DNA from: Candidatus Eiseniibacteriota bacterium
Lineage (GTDB): Bacteria; Orphanbacterota; Orphanbacteria; Orphanbacterales; Orphanbacteraceae
Length of the DNA: 64,000 bases
NCBI GenBank assembly: GCA_024276995.1
Contig: JAJRWB010000014.1
Coordinates: forward strand, 71,712 to 135,711
Direction: 5' to 3'
Notes under the pieces: generated by a model
Told to the model about the DNA's origin: nothing
What the model saw: the letters and a program-made list of their open reading frames with translations, nothing else
Databases searched by the model: none
Made by a program: the position numbers and the translations under genes
In this document: in pieces, positions 43,203 to 53,001 of the stretch
Layout: each line of letters begins with the position of its first letter
Numbering within the stretch: position 1 is the stretch's first letter

Positions 43203-43217
43203 GATGGCACGACGTTT
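43203..43217 (+). promoter_or_regulatory. sigma-54 (RpoN) -24/-12 promoter element TGGCACG-N4-TTGC upstream of sprA
   Basis: TGGCAC at 43203-43208, GACGT, then TTGC at 43214-43217, followed by G. Matches the consensus including the G after the GC dinucleotide. About 135 nt upstream of the sprA start. Confidence 0.5.
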
Positions 43218-43352
43218 GCGATTCTCATCATGGTTTTCACCCGGCGGCGAGGTCTGTCCGGATGTCTATGGAATCGGTTCATTTCCCCAGGCGGGGGAAG
43301 GGTCGCCGGAAACGGGGATCCCGCGACCCGGCCGCCGGAGAGGTCACCTATC

Positions 43353-46300
43353 TTGGGCAGGGTTTCCACACGCCCTCACCGGGCGATACTTGCCCTTCTC
43401 CTCGGCTCGCTCCTGCAGGCGGGGACGCTGCTCGGCGTTGAGGTGCCGATCCGCGAACCGAGTCTCATCCGGAACTGTGTCGACCGGAATTATCCTCCCC
43501 CCATGGCGGGCGTGGGCGGCGCCCCGTACCCGGAAGGGCCGCTCACGCGCCTCAAGGTGAAGGAGAAGATATCGAAGACGACCACCACCGTGCGGGTCGA
43601 CCTCGATCGCCGCGTCGTGGTGGTGGTCGCCTCGAGGGACGGCGTCCCTCTCACGTGGCCGTGGGTCGGCACCTTCGAGGAGTACCGCGCCGAGTGGGAA
43701 CGATTCGAACGCTTTCGGAAAATGAAAAACATCGGGGTGGGGGGGAAGAAGAAGGGAGGGGGGCCGCGTGAGACGGGCCTTTTCGATATCGACCTTCCGG
43801 TTCGCTTCCCCAAGACGCTGAGCCGCATTATCGGCCAGGGGGCGAACATCAAGGTTTCGGGAAGCGAATCGATCACCTTCTCGGGGGAAACGCGTTACAA
43901 CCTGAAGAACCGGGCGAACGAAGCGGGCGGCCAGAGGATCTTTCCCGAACTCGACATGCGCCAACAGCTCCAGGTGAACCTCACCGGAACGATCGGCCAG
44001 AAGGTGAAAGTCGAGATGCAGCACAACTCCGAATCCCAGGTCCCCCTCGAGAACAGGATCAAACTTCGATACGAGGGTGATGAAGACGAGGTGATCAGCA
44101 AGATCGAGGTGGGGAACACGAACCTGAGTCTCCCGGGAAACCAGTTCGTCAGCTTGAGCGCGCAACAGCAGGGCCTGTTCGGCATCAAGGTGATGGGCAA
44201 GGCGGGAAAGCTCGACTTCACGTCCGTTCTCAGCCAGCAGCAGGGACAGACCGACCGGGAAACGTTCTCCGGCCGGTCGAGGCGCGACTCGGTGGTCATC
44301 GACGACTTGAACTACGTTCGGAACCGCTATTTCGTGGTAAACGACTACGATTCGATCGTCGACATTCGCGTCTTTCTCGACGACGACAACGTGACCAACA
44401 ACGACGGCTCCCAGCTCCCCGGAAAGGCGTTTCTCTACGACACCACCGACGCGTTCAACCGAGACGTTTTCGAGATCGGGGCTTTCGACGAACTCGTCGT
44501 GGCGCAGGACTTTATCATCCTGAAGGAAGTCGGCCTTCTCCAGATGCAGCGCTCCCTCCGGGATAATGAGCAAATCGCCGTCTGGTTCACCCGTTGGAAC
44601 GGCGCCCTCGGTCGGATCGACACGGTCGGCTTCGTTCCCGACCCGGTGCCGGCGGTGTTCGCCGCCGGCGACAGCGTCGAGCTGAAGATGATCCGGCCCC
44701 GTGCCGAGGATTACCGTCCTCCGCCGATCGACGACAGCCAGACCGATTCGAGGTTCGCCCTCACGTGGTACTACCAGCTTCGGAACGTCTACGACTTGAG
44801 GGCGCGGAATATCAAGAAGGAGAACTTCGAGATCACCATCTACCGGAAGGAGCCCGGCGCCACCGAGCGGTTCGACCGCGACGAGAACGGCATACCGTTC
44901 ATCCAGATCATGGGTCTCGACCTGATCGGCGACAACGAGACGAATCTTCCCGATTTCAAAGTCGACGATTTCTACTGGGCATGCGATCCGAGGGTCAATC
45001 CGGGCACGTCGAACCGTCTCGACGAGCGCTTCCGGCCCCTCTCGGCGCCCGACACCCTCGGCCTTCCGCCGGGGAACCTCCCGTTCTGGCCCGACCGGCT
45101 CGTCTATCTGGACGACGGGCTTCTCTGGTTCCCCGATCCTCGCCCGTTCGATCCGCAGTACAACCACCAGAAATGCGGCGACGAGGTGCTCACCCTCGCC
45201 GAGAGGAACCGCACGATCTACGACAAGTACGATCCGAAGGCGACCGACTCGCGCTACGAAATCGAGGTGAAGTACTCCACCGCGCAGTCATCGTTATCCC
45301 TCGGTCGATCGAATATCCTCGAAGGGAGCGAGGTGGTGAAACTGAACGGCCGGACACTCACGCGGGGGACCGATTACCGAATCATCTACGAGATCGGCCA
45401 GATCGAATTCATGACCGACGAAGCGCTTGACGACAACGCCGACATATCGATCGACTTCGAGTACGCTCCTTTTCTCGCGCAGGCGCAGAAATCGCTCATC
45501 GGGACCGCCCTTTCGTACAATATGTCCGACAAGCTGAGCATGTCGGGGATCTTCCTCTACAAAGGGAAACGCACTCCCTTCCGGCGTCCCCGTCTCGGCC
45601 AGGAGCCGTCCCGGATCTTCGTCAGCGGCCTGTCGCTCAACACGAACCGCCAAGTCGATTTTCTCACCCGGTGGATCGATGCCGTGCCCGGCATCCGGGC
45701 GCGGGAGAAGTCGAACCTCTCGCTCTCGTTTGAAACGGCGGCCACCTTCCCGAACCCGAATACGAAGAACGCGATCTATGTCGATGACATGGAAGGAACG
45801 GAAGAGGTCTCTTCGTTCGGCCTCACCCGGCGACAGTGGTACTACATGTCGATTCCCTCGTTGCCGGGGGCGGTGAGCGAACTCGAACCGTCAAACCGCT
45901 TCATCGACGTCGACTGGTACAACCCGAAAAACGCCACCACCCGAGGCGACCTGAACCCCGACCTCACGCAGGACGAGAAGATCAAGTTCATCCCGGTCAT
46001 CGAGGTCGCCCTACGGAAGGGGACGATCGCGAGCGGAGGCGCGGACGGAAGCGGTGGGTGGGGAGGGATCATGCGCCTCGTGTCGAAGACGGGACTCGAT
46101 TTGAAGGACCGGAAGTTTCTCGAGGTGTGGGTGAACGATTTCGGGAAGAACAAGGGCCGGATGCACATCGACATGGGGCTTCTCGGCGAGGACGCGATGT
46201 GGGGCCTCGATCCCCCCAACGGCGAGATCGATACGGAAGACTCGAACCTCGACGGTGTGCTCGACGATTCGGGCAACGACGACCCGCTGCTCGACGAGGA

Positions 46301-49300
46301 CACCGGCTTCGACGGCCTGTTCGACGCGGACGAACCTCCCGGCGCCGAGGATGACAACTGGGCGTACGACGAGAACGAGCCGGACGACTATTCGAGGATC
46401 AACGGGAGCGAGGGAAACGGCTATCTCGACACCGAGGACCTGAACGGGAACGGGGGGAGTCCCGACAGGGAAAAGGGATACTTCCGATTCGATCTCGATT
46501 TCGAGAGTGGTGAGAACGTGGTCGCCCACGGCTTGCAGGAGGAAGGGAAGAACTGGAGGCTCTACAGGATTCCTCTCGCGAAGGCGAAGGCGACGACCAT
46601 CGAAAGCGAGCCGACCTTCGATCAGGGGATCAAGTATGTGCGAATCTGGTTCGAGGGGGTCGACACCACCGACGCCCGCTTCCAGATCGCCTCGATGGAA
46701 GTGACGGGAAACCGCTGGCTCGAAGCGGGGATCCAGGATACATTGGGGAACCGGATCGCCGATTCCGACCTCCCCCCGGACGAGATTTTCGCCGCCGGCG
46801 TGATCAACAACAAGGACGGCGAGGACTATGACGCCCCCCCGGTGGAGATTCTCGTCCAGCGGGGGATCCCGGAGAAGGAACAGTCGCTCCTCGTGCAGTA
46901 CGAAAACATCAGGCCGGGGCACACGGGAACCGTCTTCCGGGCCCTCTTCGAGGACGAGGACTACACCCGCTATGAGCAGATGGAATACTGGGTGCAGCTC
47001 GCCGACCCGAACCGCCCGGAAGAGACCGACGTGTTCGAAGATCCCTTCCCTGTTTTCTTCTATCGTTTCGGCGGCGATTCGCTCAATTTCTACGAGGTGA
47101 GCGACACCCTCGATGGAAGCGGATGGCAGCGGGTGGAGGTCGACCTCGCCGAGATGACGCGCCTCAAGCTGATCGAAGAGAGCGATACGATCTCTTTGTG
47201 GGGGAAGAATGTTCCGGTCCGCTCGAGCGAAAGGGATGGGCGGGTGCTTCGTGTGGTCGGCCAGCCGAGCATGACGAAGGTGAGGCGTCTCACCTTCGGT
47301 GTGATGAACCCGTCGAAGACGAAAGAACTGACCGGCATCATATGGGTCGACGATCTTCGCCTCGTGAACGTGAAAGGGGACGCCGGCTATGCGGCGCGCT
47401 TCGGCCTCGATGTTTCCCTTTCCGATTTTCTTTCGCTCAGCGGCGACCTGCGTGTCGTCGGGAAGGAGTTCCGGCAGCTCACCGGAGGCGGTGGAGGACC
47501 GAGCGGCAGAACGGAGGACAATCCGCGCAAGGGGAGCGACAACCGCTCGCTTTCCCTCAAGGGGAAGGTCAATCTCTCGAAGTTTCTCGAAGGTCCGGGG
47601 ATTACGCTGCCGGTCGACTGGGGATGGTCGTCCACGCTGAGTGCGCCGGAACTGCAGACGGGGTCCGACATCGTTCTCGAGAATCCCGCGGATGAGAAAT
47701 CAGAGAGCCATGCGAAGAACATCGGCATCAACCTCAACCGATCACGCAAGTCGGGGAATCCCTTCCTCTACTACACGCTCGACAACATGAACCTCCGTGT
47801 ATCGGCCGATCGGAAGGAGGCGCTCGGCCCGACGAAGATCGACAGTTCGTGGTCGGTCGGGGTCGACTGGCGCTACACGTACAGCCCGCGGTTCAAGACC
47901 GACCTCACCGTGTTCCGCGACTGGCGGGTGAACCCTCTTCCCAAGAGCGGCCAACTGACGGCGAGCCGAAAACGAAACGAAACGAGAAGCCTCGATGTCC
48001 GCTCCGGGAACACGAGAATCTCCGCGGGGCGCACAACGACGTCGTCCTTCACGTTCGCCATGTCGCCGCTGAACAGCAAGACGGTGGGGACGAATTTCGA
48101 ATTCTCCGCCACGAGGGATCATCTCTATGGGAATCCGCTTTCCATCTTTCCGTCGCTCAACAGCGGGTTCGAAACGAAGCGGAATCACAGCGGCAGCGTG
48201 ACATACACGCCGGGGTTCCGGAAGTATCTCGGGTGGTTGAATCCGAAATTCTCCTACGATACGCGCTTCACAGACGATCAGCCTCCCACGAGGACGGTGA
48301 CGGAGGTCGACCCGGTCACCGGGGAGGTGAGCACCGTGCGGCGGATTCACAACGTGGGGAACCAGAACACGTCCCGCGTCGACTTCTCGGTGAGCCTCCG
48401 TAAGCTCGCCGCCCTGCTTCCCGGCGGGACGAAACAGACCGGTCCCGGGGCGAGGCAGAGCAACGCTCCGCCGGACAGCGCCTCCGCCGCGCCGGCGAAT
48501 AGGAAAGGGCCGGGCGCCTTGTCGATCGCGAAGGCGATCCGTTCCTTCGGTTCGAGGATCGGCGATATTAGCGGATCGGTGGCTTTGAAGAAGAGCTCGG
48601 GGTACAATGATCTTTCGGGGAGGCCCGGCCTCGACTACCAGTTCGGCCTGAAATCGGAGGTGGATGAGAACCTCCAGTTCAACCAGGGAGTGCAAAGGAG
48701 GAGAGCGGACAAGAGCCGGGACCTGCAGACGCGCGCCTCAACGGCGATACGTCTCCCCCGTTCGATGAATCTGCGCCTCTCGTTCAACCGCTCGCTCCAA
48801 AAGAGCGACCAAAGCCGCAACAAGTCGGAAAAGGAATCGATCACCTGGCCGGAATTCAACTATTCGTGGGACGGAATCGAGGATCTGGGAAAGCTCAAGA
48901 AGTACGTCAAGAATGCCTCTCTCAACGTGTCGTACCGCGGAAAGAGGGACCGCTCGGGCGTCTCCCTCTCCGACCTCGACACGGAGAGGAAATCGAAGAG
49001 TTGGTCGCCCCTCGCGCAGATCGACGCCGAGTGGGTGAACGGGCTGAGAAGCCAGGTCTCCGTCGACCAGTCGGAAGAGCGGGATCGGAACCTGAGAGGC
49101 GGGGGTTCGGAGACGATCCGCACGAGCCGGGACGTCACCGGATCGGTGAGCTACACGAAGTCGACCCGCAAGAAGGTGAACATCCCGATCCTCGGGAAGG
49201 GGAGGAAGGGGAGCACCTACACGGCGACCACCACGTTCCGGCTTTCGGTCCGCTACTCCCGTCAGAAGGAGGAGGAACCGAAGCGCGATCTTCTGAATAC

Positions 49301-49463
49301 GAACAGGCGAACATTCGATATATCGCCCTCCGTCTCGTGGACATGGCTGCAGAATCTGTCGGGAAGCCTCGAACTGAGATTCGGGGAGAACAGGGACCTG
49401 AAGAATGAGAACAAGAGTACCCGGACGGTGGGGGCTTCGGTTTCCGCGCTCTTCAAGTTCTAG
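43353..49463 (+). CDS. sprA: T9SS outer-membrane translocon SprA/Sov (cell-surface protein SprA), about 2036 aa
   Basis: One uninterrupted 6.4-kb ORF (43062..49463). The likely start is TTG 43353 after SD GGAGAGG, giving the signal peptide MGRVSTRPHRAILALLLGSLLQAG. The N-terminal SprA-family region (..FPKTLSRIIGQGANIKVSGSESITFSG..), the huge size and the beta-rich C-terminus are consistent with SprA. Confidence 0.8.
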   Translation: MGRVSTRPHRAILALLLGSLLQAGTLLGVEVPIREPSLIRNCVDRNYPPPMAGVGGAPYPEGPLTRLKVKEKISKTTTTVRVDLDRRVVVVVASRDGVPLTWPWVGTFEEYRAEWERFERFRKMKNIGVGGKKKGGGPRETGLFDIDLPVRFPKTLSRIIGQGANIKVSGSESITFSGETRYNLKNRANEAGGQRIFPELDMRQQLQVNLTGTIGQKVKVEMQHNSESQVPLENRIKLRYEGDEDEVISKIEVGNTNLSLPGNQFVSLSAQQQGLFGIKVMGKAGKLDFTSVLSQQQGQTDRETFSGRSRRDSVVIDDLNYVRNRYFVVNDYDSIVDIRVFLDDDNVTNNDGSQLPGKAFLYDTTDAFNRDVFEIGAFDELVVAQDFIILKEVGLLQMQRSLRDNEQIAVWFTRWNGALGRIDTVGFVPDPVPAVFAAGDSVELKMIRPRAEDYRPPPIDDSQTDSRFALTWYYQLRNVYDLRARNIKKENFEITIYRKEPGATERFDRDENGIPFIQIMGLDLIGDNETNLPDFKVDDFYWACDPRVNPGTSNRLDERFRPLSAPDTLGLPPGNLPFWPDRLVYLDDGLLWFPDPRPFDPQYNHQKCGDEVLTLAERNRTIYDKYDPKATDSRYEIEVKYSTAQSSLSLGRSNILEGSEVVKLNGRTLTRGTDYRIIYEIGQIEFMTDEALDDNADISIDFEYAPFLAQAQKSLIGTALSYNMSDKLSMSGIFLYKGKRTPFRRPRLGQEPSRIFVSGLSLNTNRQVDFLTRWIDAVPGIRAREKSNLSLSFETAATFPNPNTKNAIYVDDMEGTEEVSSFGLTRRQWYYMSIPSLPGAVSELEPSNRFIDVDWYNPKNATTRGDLNPDLTQDEKIKFIPVIEVALRKGTIASGGADGSGGWGGIMRLVSKTGLDLKDRKFLEVWVNDFGKNKGRMHIDMGLLGEDAMWGLDPPNGEIDTEDSNLDGVLDDSGNDDPLLDEDTGFDGLFDADEPPGAEDDNWAYDENEPDDYSRINGSEGNGYLDTEDLNGNGGSPDREKGYFRFDLDFESGENVVAHGLQEEGKNWRLYRIPLAKAKATTIESEPTFDQGIKYVRIWFEGVDTTDARFQIASMEVTGNRWLEAGIQDTLGNRIADSDLPPDEIFAAGVINNKDGEDYDAPPVEILVQRGIPEKEQSLLVQYENIRPGHTGTVFRALFEDEDYTRYEQMEYWVQLADPNRPEETDVFEDPFPVFFYRFGGDSLNFYEVSDTLDGSGWQRVEVDLAEMTRLKLIEESDTISLWGKNVPVRSSERDGRVLRVVGQPSMTKVRRLTFGVMNPSKTKELTGIIWVDDLRLVNVKGDAGYAARFGLDVSLSDFLSLSGDLRVVGKEFRQLTGGGGGPSGRTEDNPRKGSDNRSLSLKGKVNLSKFLEGPGITLPVDWGWSSTLSAPELQTGSDIVLENPADEKSESHAKNIGINLNRSRKSGNPFLYYTLDNMNLRVSADRKEALGPTKIDSSWSVGVDWRYTYSPRFKTDLTVFRDWRVNPLPKSGQLTASRKRNETRSLDVRSGNTRISAGRTTTSSFTFAMSPLNSKTVGTNFEFSATRDHLYGNPLSIFPSLNSGFETKRNHSGSVTYTPGFRKYLGWLNPKFSYDTRFTDDQPPTRTVTEVDPVTGEVSTVRRIHNVGNQNTSRVDFSVSLRKLAALLPGGTKQTGPGARQSNAPPDSASAAPANRKGPGALSIAKAIRSFGSRIGDISGSVALKKSSGYNDLSGRPGLDYQFGLKSEVDENLQFNQGVQRRRADKSRDLQTRASTAIRLPRSMNLRLSFNRSLQKSDQSRNKSEKESITWPEFNYSWDGIEDLGKLKKYVKNASLNVSYRGKRDRSGVSLSDLDTERKSKSWSPLAQIDAEWVNGLRSQVSVDQSEERDRNLRGGGSETIRTSRDVTGSVSYTKSTRKKVNIPILGKGRKGSTYTATTTFRLSVRYSRQKEEEPKRDLLNTNRRTFDISPSVSWTWLQNLSGSLELRFGENRDLKNENKSTRTVGASVSALFKF

Positions 49464-50346
49464 CGCGGTCACCGTCGTCCTCGGTCTGGTGTGGGCGATG
49501 CCGTCGTTCGACGGGAGCGTCGCGATGAAATACCTGGAAGAGCAGGTCGCTTTCGGGCCGCGGGTGCCGGGAAGCGACGCGCATCAAAAGACGCTCGCAT
49601 ACATCACCGCCGCCCTCGAAGAGAGCGCGGACCGCGTGACCGGCCGGGACTTCACCCTCGTGAGCGCCCTCACGGGAGATACGACGGTCTGCCGGAACGT
49701 GATCGCCTCGTTCGGCCCCGAACGGAAGGATCGGATCTTCTTCGCCGCCCACTGGGATTCGAGGGCGCTCGCCGACCGGGAAGGGGACGGCGCGAAAAGG
49801 ATGAAGCCGGTGCCGGGGGCGAACGACGGGGCTTCGGGCGTTGCGATTCTTCTCGCCTTGGCGCCCCTTCTGGCGGAAAATCCCCCGCCGGTGGGCGTCG
49901 ATCTTCTCTTTCTCGACGGCGAGGACCAGGGCGTTCCGGGGGATCCCGCCACGTTCTGCGCCGGATCGCAGGCGATGGCCGCCGCGGCGTCGATCACCGG
50001 TTTTCGACCGGCGTGGGGGCTGGTAATCGATCTCGTGGCCGGGAAGAGGGTGAAATACTACCCCGAGGAGCACACCGTCCGCCTCTACCCGGGGTTGATG
50101 AATACCGTCCTCGATATCGTCGAGAAGAAACTGCCCGGCGACGTCGACCGTTCCCGCTAGATCGACGTGTACGACGATCATGTCCCCTTCCTCGAGGCGG
50201 GAATCCCGTGCGCCGTCCTTTTCGGCGCGGGGGACCCGAACTGGCACACCCTCTCCGACATTCCCCGCCACTGTTCGGAAAGGAAGCTCGCGGGCGTGGG
50301 AGGTCTCCTTCTCGAGCTCGTTTACGGCGATTACGAATTGCCTTGA
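49405..50346 (+). pseudogene. glutaminyl-peptide cyclotransferase / M28-family zinc peptidase-like gene interrupted by an in-frame TAG at 50158-50160
   Basis: The ORF 49405..50160 has M28/QC motifs (..FFAAHWDSRA.., ..ANDGASGVAILLALA..). The same frame continues directly after the TAG with the conserved C-terminus IDVYDDHVPFLEAGIPCAVLFGAGDPNWHTLSDIP..LLLELVY and ends at 50346. The N-terminal start is uncertain: ATG 49405 would overlap sprA by 59 nt, and ATG 49495 is the alternative. Confidence 0.6.
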
Positions 50347-50371
50347 CACGATCCGAAAGATCCCTTAGCGT
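50343..50371 (+). promoter_or_regulatory. possible promoter TTGACA-N17-TAGCGT of the rimP-nusA-infB operon
   Basis: TTGACA at 50343-50348 overlaps the stop of the upstream gene. A 17-nt spacer is followed by a weak -10, TAGCGT. Confidence 0.3.
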
Positions 50372-50442
50372 GGTAAAACCCTCGGGCGCCGGCCGTTCGA
50401 GGGCATTCTTATGACTGTTTTCCCGTTACAGGGAGTAGGCCG

Positions 50443-50934
50443 ATGGGGCTCAGGGACATCGAGGAGCGGCTGTTCGAAGGCGTTCGCGCGGACCTCGAGG
50501 ATGCGGGGGTCACCCTTCTCGATGTGGAAGCCCATCCTTCCGGCGCGTCGCTCCTGCTTCGGTTCGTCATCGACGTGGAAGGGGGCGTCACCCTCGACGA
50601 CTGCGTTCGTGTCGACCGGATGATCGGCGCCTTCCTCATGGAAGACGATTTCGTGCGGGAAGATCATACTGTGGAGGTGACCTCCCCCGGCCTCGATCGG
50701 CGGTTGAAACGGGTCGGGGAGTACGACCATTTCCGGGGACGCCGGGCGAGAATCCATCTTGCCGACGGGGGGGACGGTCCGCTCGAACGTAGCGGCATCC
50801 TGGAGGGAACCGACGAAGGGGATGTGCTGCTGGACACGGGAGGCGAAACGGTTCGCATACCCCTGGAGAAGATAGCGAAAGCGAAGCTCCTGTTCGAGGA
50901 GAGGAAGAATACGGCCTCGGGGAGAAAGAGATGA
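50443..50934 (+). CDS. rimP: ribosome maturation factor RimP
   Basis: 163 aa immediately upstream of nusA with a typical RimP N-domain (..LLDVE..LRFVID..GVTLDDC..). ATGA overlap with nusA. Confidence 0.8.
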   Translation: MGLRDIEERLFEGVRADLEDAGVTLLDVEAHPSGASLLLRFVIDVEGGVTLDDCVRVDRMIGAFLMEDDFVREDHTVEVTSPGLDRRLKRVGEYDHFRGRRARIHLADGGDGPLERSGILEGTDEGDVLLDTGGETVRIPLEKIAKAKLLFEERKNTASGRKR

Positions 50935-52394
50935 ACTACGAAGTGATCGAAGCGCTCGGGCAGATCGCCCGGGAGAAGAACGTCGACAAGAGCCTTGTGA
51001 TCGAAACCCTCTGTGCCGGGCTGATCGCGGCGGTGCGCCGCAAGCACGGCGCCATGGTCGAAGTGGACGTCGTCGTCGACGAGGCGAACAGCATGCTCGG
51101 CGTCTTTCTCCTCAAGAACGTGGTCGAGCGCGTGGAGGATCCCGAGCTGGAGGCTTCCCTCGAGGAAGCGCGCGAGTACGACCCGGAACTCGATGTCGGC
51201 CACGTTCTCCATATCGAGCTTTCTGTGGAGGAATTCGGGAGAAACGCGATCCAGGCGGTGAAGCAGGTGGTGGTGCAACGGGTCCGCGAGGCGGAGCGCG
51301 AGAACGTGTACGAAGATTACCACAACCGGATTTCGGAAGTGGTCACCGGCACGGTGCAGCAGGTCGACCGGGGAAACCTCGTGGTCAACCTCGGACGGGC
51401 CGAAGCGCTCCTTCCCTATCGAGAGCAGATCCCCCGCGAGATGTACCGCCAGGGGGACACGATACGCGCGGTGATCATCGAGGTGCAGCGAAACACGAGG
51501 GGCCCGCAGGTGATCCTTTCGAGAACCCATCCTTCGTTTCTCGAGCAGCTCTTCCGCATGGAAGTCCCCGAGGTGTACGAGGGGATCGTCGAGATCCGCG
51601 CCGTGGCCCGGGAGGCGGGAATCCGTTCGAAAATCGCCGTCTTTTCGAGCGACGACCGGATCGATCCGGTCGGGGCGTGCGTCGGGATGAAAGGCTCCCG
51701 CGTGCAGGCGGTGGTACGCGAGCTTTCGGGCGAGCGGATCGATATCGTTCCGTGGTCGGGCGACGACAAGGTACTCGTCACCCGCGCTCTCTCTCCCGCG
51801 AAGGTGATCGACCTCGTGGCGAACGAGGAGGAGAAGAGCATGCTCGTCACCGTGGCGGACGGACAGCTCTCCCTCGCTATCGGCAAGAAGGGGCAGAACG
51901 CCCGCCTCGCCGCCAAGCTGACCGGCTGGAAGATCGACCTCGTGAAGGAAGAGATGGAAGAAGAGGAAGATTCCTCGGTGGACGACTCGGGGATCCCGCT
52001 CATCGGCATCGAGAATCTCCCCGGCGTGGGGCCGAAACTCGCCACGCGGCTCCTGCAGGAGGGAGTCGTCTTCGTCCAGGATCTGAAGAAGTTCGACGTC
52101 GAGCAGCTTTGCGAATTCCCGGGTGTCGGGGAGAAGACGGCGGAGAGGATCCTCGCCTCGGCGGACATCATGCTCGAGGAGGCGGAGAAGGCGATCCGCG
52201 GTCTTCTGGAGGAAGAGGGCGATTCCGGCGAGGAACCGTCCGGTGAGAGTGGGGGCGACGACGACTTCGCCTGGGGTGACGAGACCGGCGAGGAAGATAA
52301 CGGTGACGGGGAAGAAGCGGAGGAGGAGACGGCCGGCGAATCGGAGGAGGCGGACGAGAGCGCAGGGGAAACCGTCGAACCGGCGGATCGGTAG
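50931..52394 (+). CDS. nusA: transcription termination/antitermination factor NusA (with an acidic C-terminal tail)
   Basis: S1 and two KH domains (..IGKKGQNARLAAKLTGWKIDL..). HhH repeats. An acidic C-terminus. Confidence 0.9.
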   Translation: MNYEVIEALGQIAREKNVDKSLVIETLCAGLIAAVRRKHGAMVEVDVVVDEANSMLGVFLLKNVVERVEDPELEASLEEAREYDPELDVGHVLHIELSVEEFGRNAIQAVKQVVVQRVREAERENVYEDYHNRISEVVTGTVQQVDRGNLVVNLGRAEALLPYREQIPREMYRQGDTIRAVIIEVQRNTRGPQVILSRTHPSFLEQLFRMEVPEVYEGIVEIRAVAREAGIRSKIAVFSSDDRIDPVGACVGMKGSRVQAVVRELSGERIDIVPWSGDDKVLVTRALSPAKVIDLVANEEEKSMLVTVADGQLSLAIGKKGQNARLAAKLTGWKIDLVKEEMEEEEDSSVDDSGIPLIGIENLPGVGPKLATRLLQEGVVFVQDLKKFDVEQLCEFPGVGEKTAERILASADIMLEEAEKAIRGLLEEEGDSGEEPSGESGGDDDFAWGDETGEEDNGDGEEAEEETAGESEEADESAGETVEPADR

Positions 52395-52400
52395 GACTCT

Positions 52401-52652
52401 ATGGCCCGACCGGTCCGGACGTGCGTCGGTTGTCGCGGGAGGAAGCCGGCAGAGGAACTGATACGGTTTGTCTCCTCCCCTTCGGGAGGGGTGGGTGTCG
52501 GAAGGCTCCTCCCCGGGCGGGGCTATTACGTCTGCCCCTCGGCGGAGTGCATCGCCCGGTTGGAGAAGCGCCTCCGCGGACGTTTCGACGAGAAGCGGCG
52601 TCGGTGCGCCCTCGAGACGCTCTTCGCCGAGCTGGAGAAAGAGAAGGGATGA
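52401..52652 (+). CDS. YlxR-family (DUF448) RNA-binding protein
   Basis: 83 aa with ..RTCVGCRGRKPAEELIRFV.., between nusA and infB as is typical. Confidence 0.75.
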   Translation: MARPVRTCVGCRGRKPAEELIRFVSSPSGGVGVGRLLPGRGYYVCPSAECIARLEKRLRGRFDEKRRRCALETLFAELEKEKG

Positions 52653-52969
52653 GCGGCGTCGCTCCGATGAAGACCCTTCTCCGTTTCGCGCTTCGCACGG
52701 GACGGTATGTCGTGGGGGAGACGGGCGCGAGAATCCAGGCGGAGAGACGCCGATCGGGGGTCGTCCTCATCGCCCGAGATCTCGACGAACGGCGCGTTGC
52801 GTCGATCACCAAGTGGGCCGGTGCGATACCGGTGCCGGTGGGCGCGCCGTTCGACAAGGCGGCGATGGCCGAAATCGCCGGCCGGCCGGCGTGCAACGTG
52901 ATCTTCGTGTACCACAGGGAACTCGCCCGTGCGATGGTGAATGCTCTTGGCGCACGGGATGAAATCTGA
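52649..52969 (+). CDS. L7Ae/L30e-family RNA-binding protein (YlxQ-like)
   Basis: ORF 52421..52969. ATG at 52649 overlaps the ylxR stop. About 106 aa in the canonical position between ylxR and infB. Confidence 0.6.
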   Translation: MSGVAPMKTLLRFALRTGRYVVGETGARIQAERRRSGVVLIARDLDERRVASITKWAGAIPVPVGAPFDKAAMAEIAGRPACNVIFVYHRELARAMVNALGARDEI

Positions 52970-53001
52970 TAGCTTCTTGTCGTGTGACGAGATAGCCTGG
53001 A

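Noticed and set aside
43078-43312. Direct repeat GCCGGAAACGGG(G)A occurring twice (about 43078 and about 43300) flanking the sprA regulatory region.
   Set aside because: Only two short copies. It could be chance in GC-rich DNA. It is mentioned but not called as a feature.
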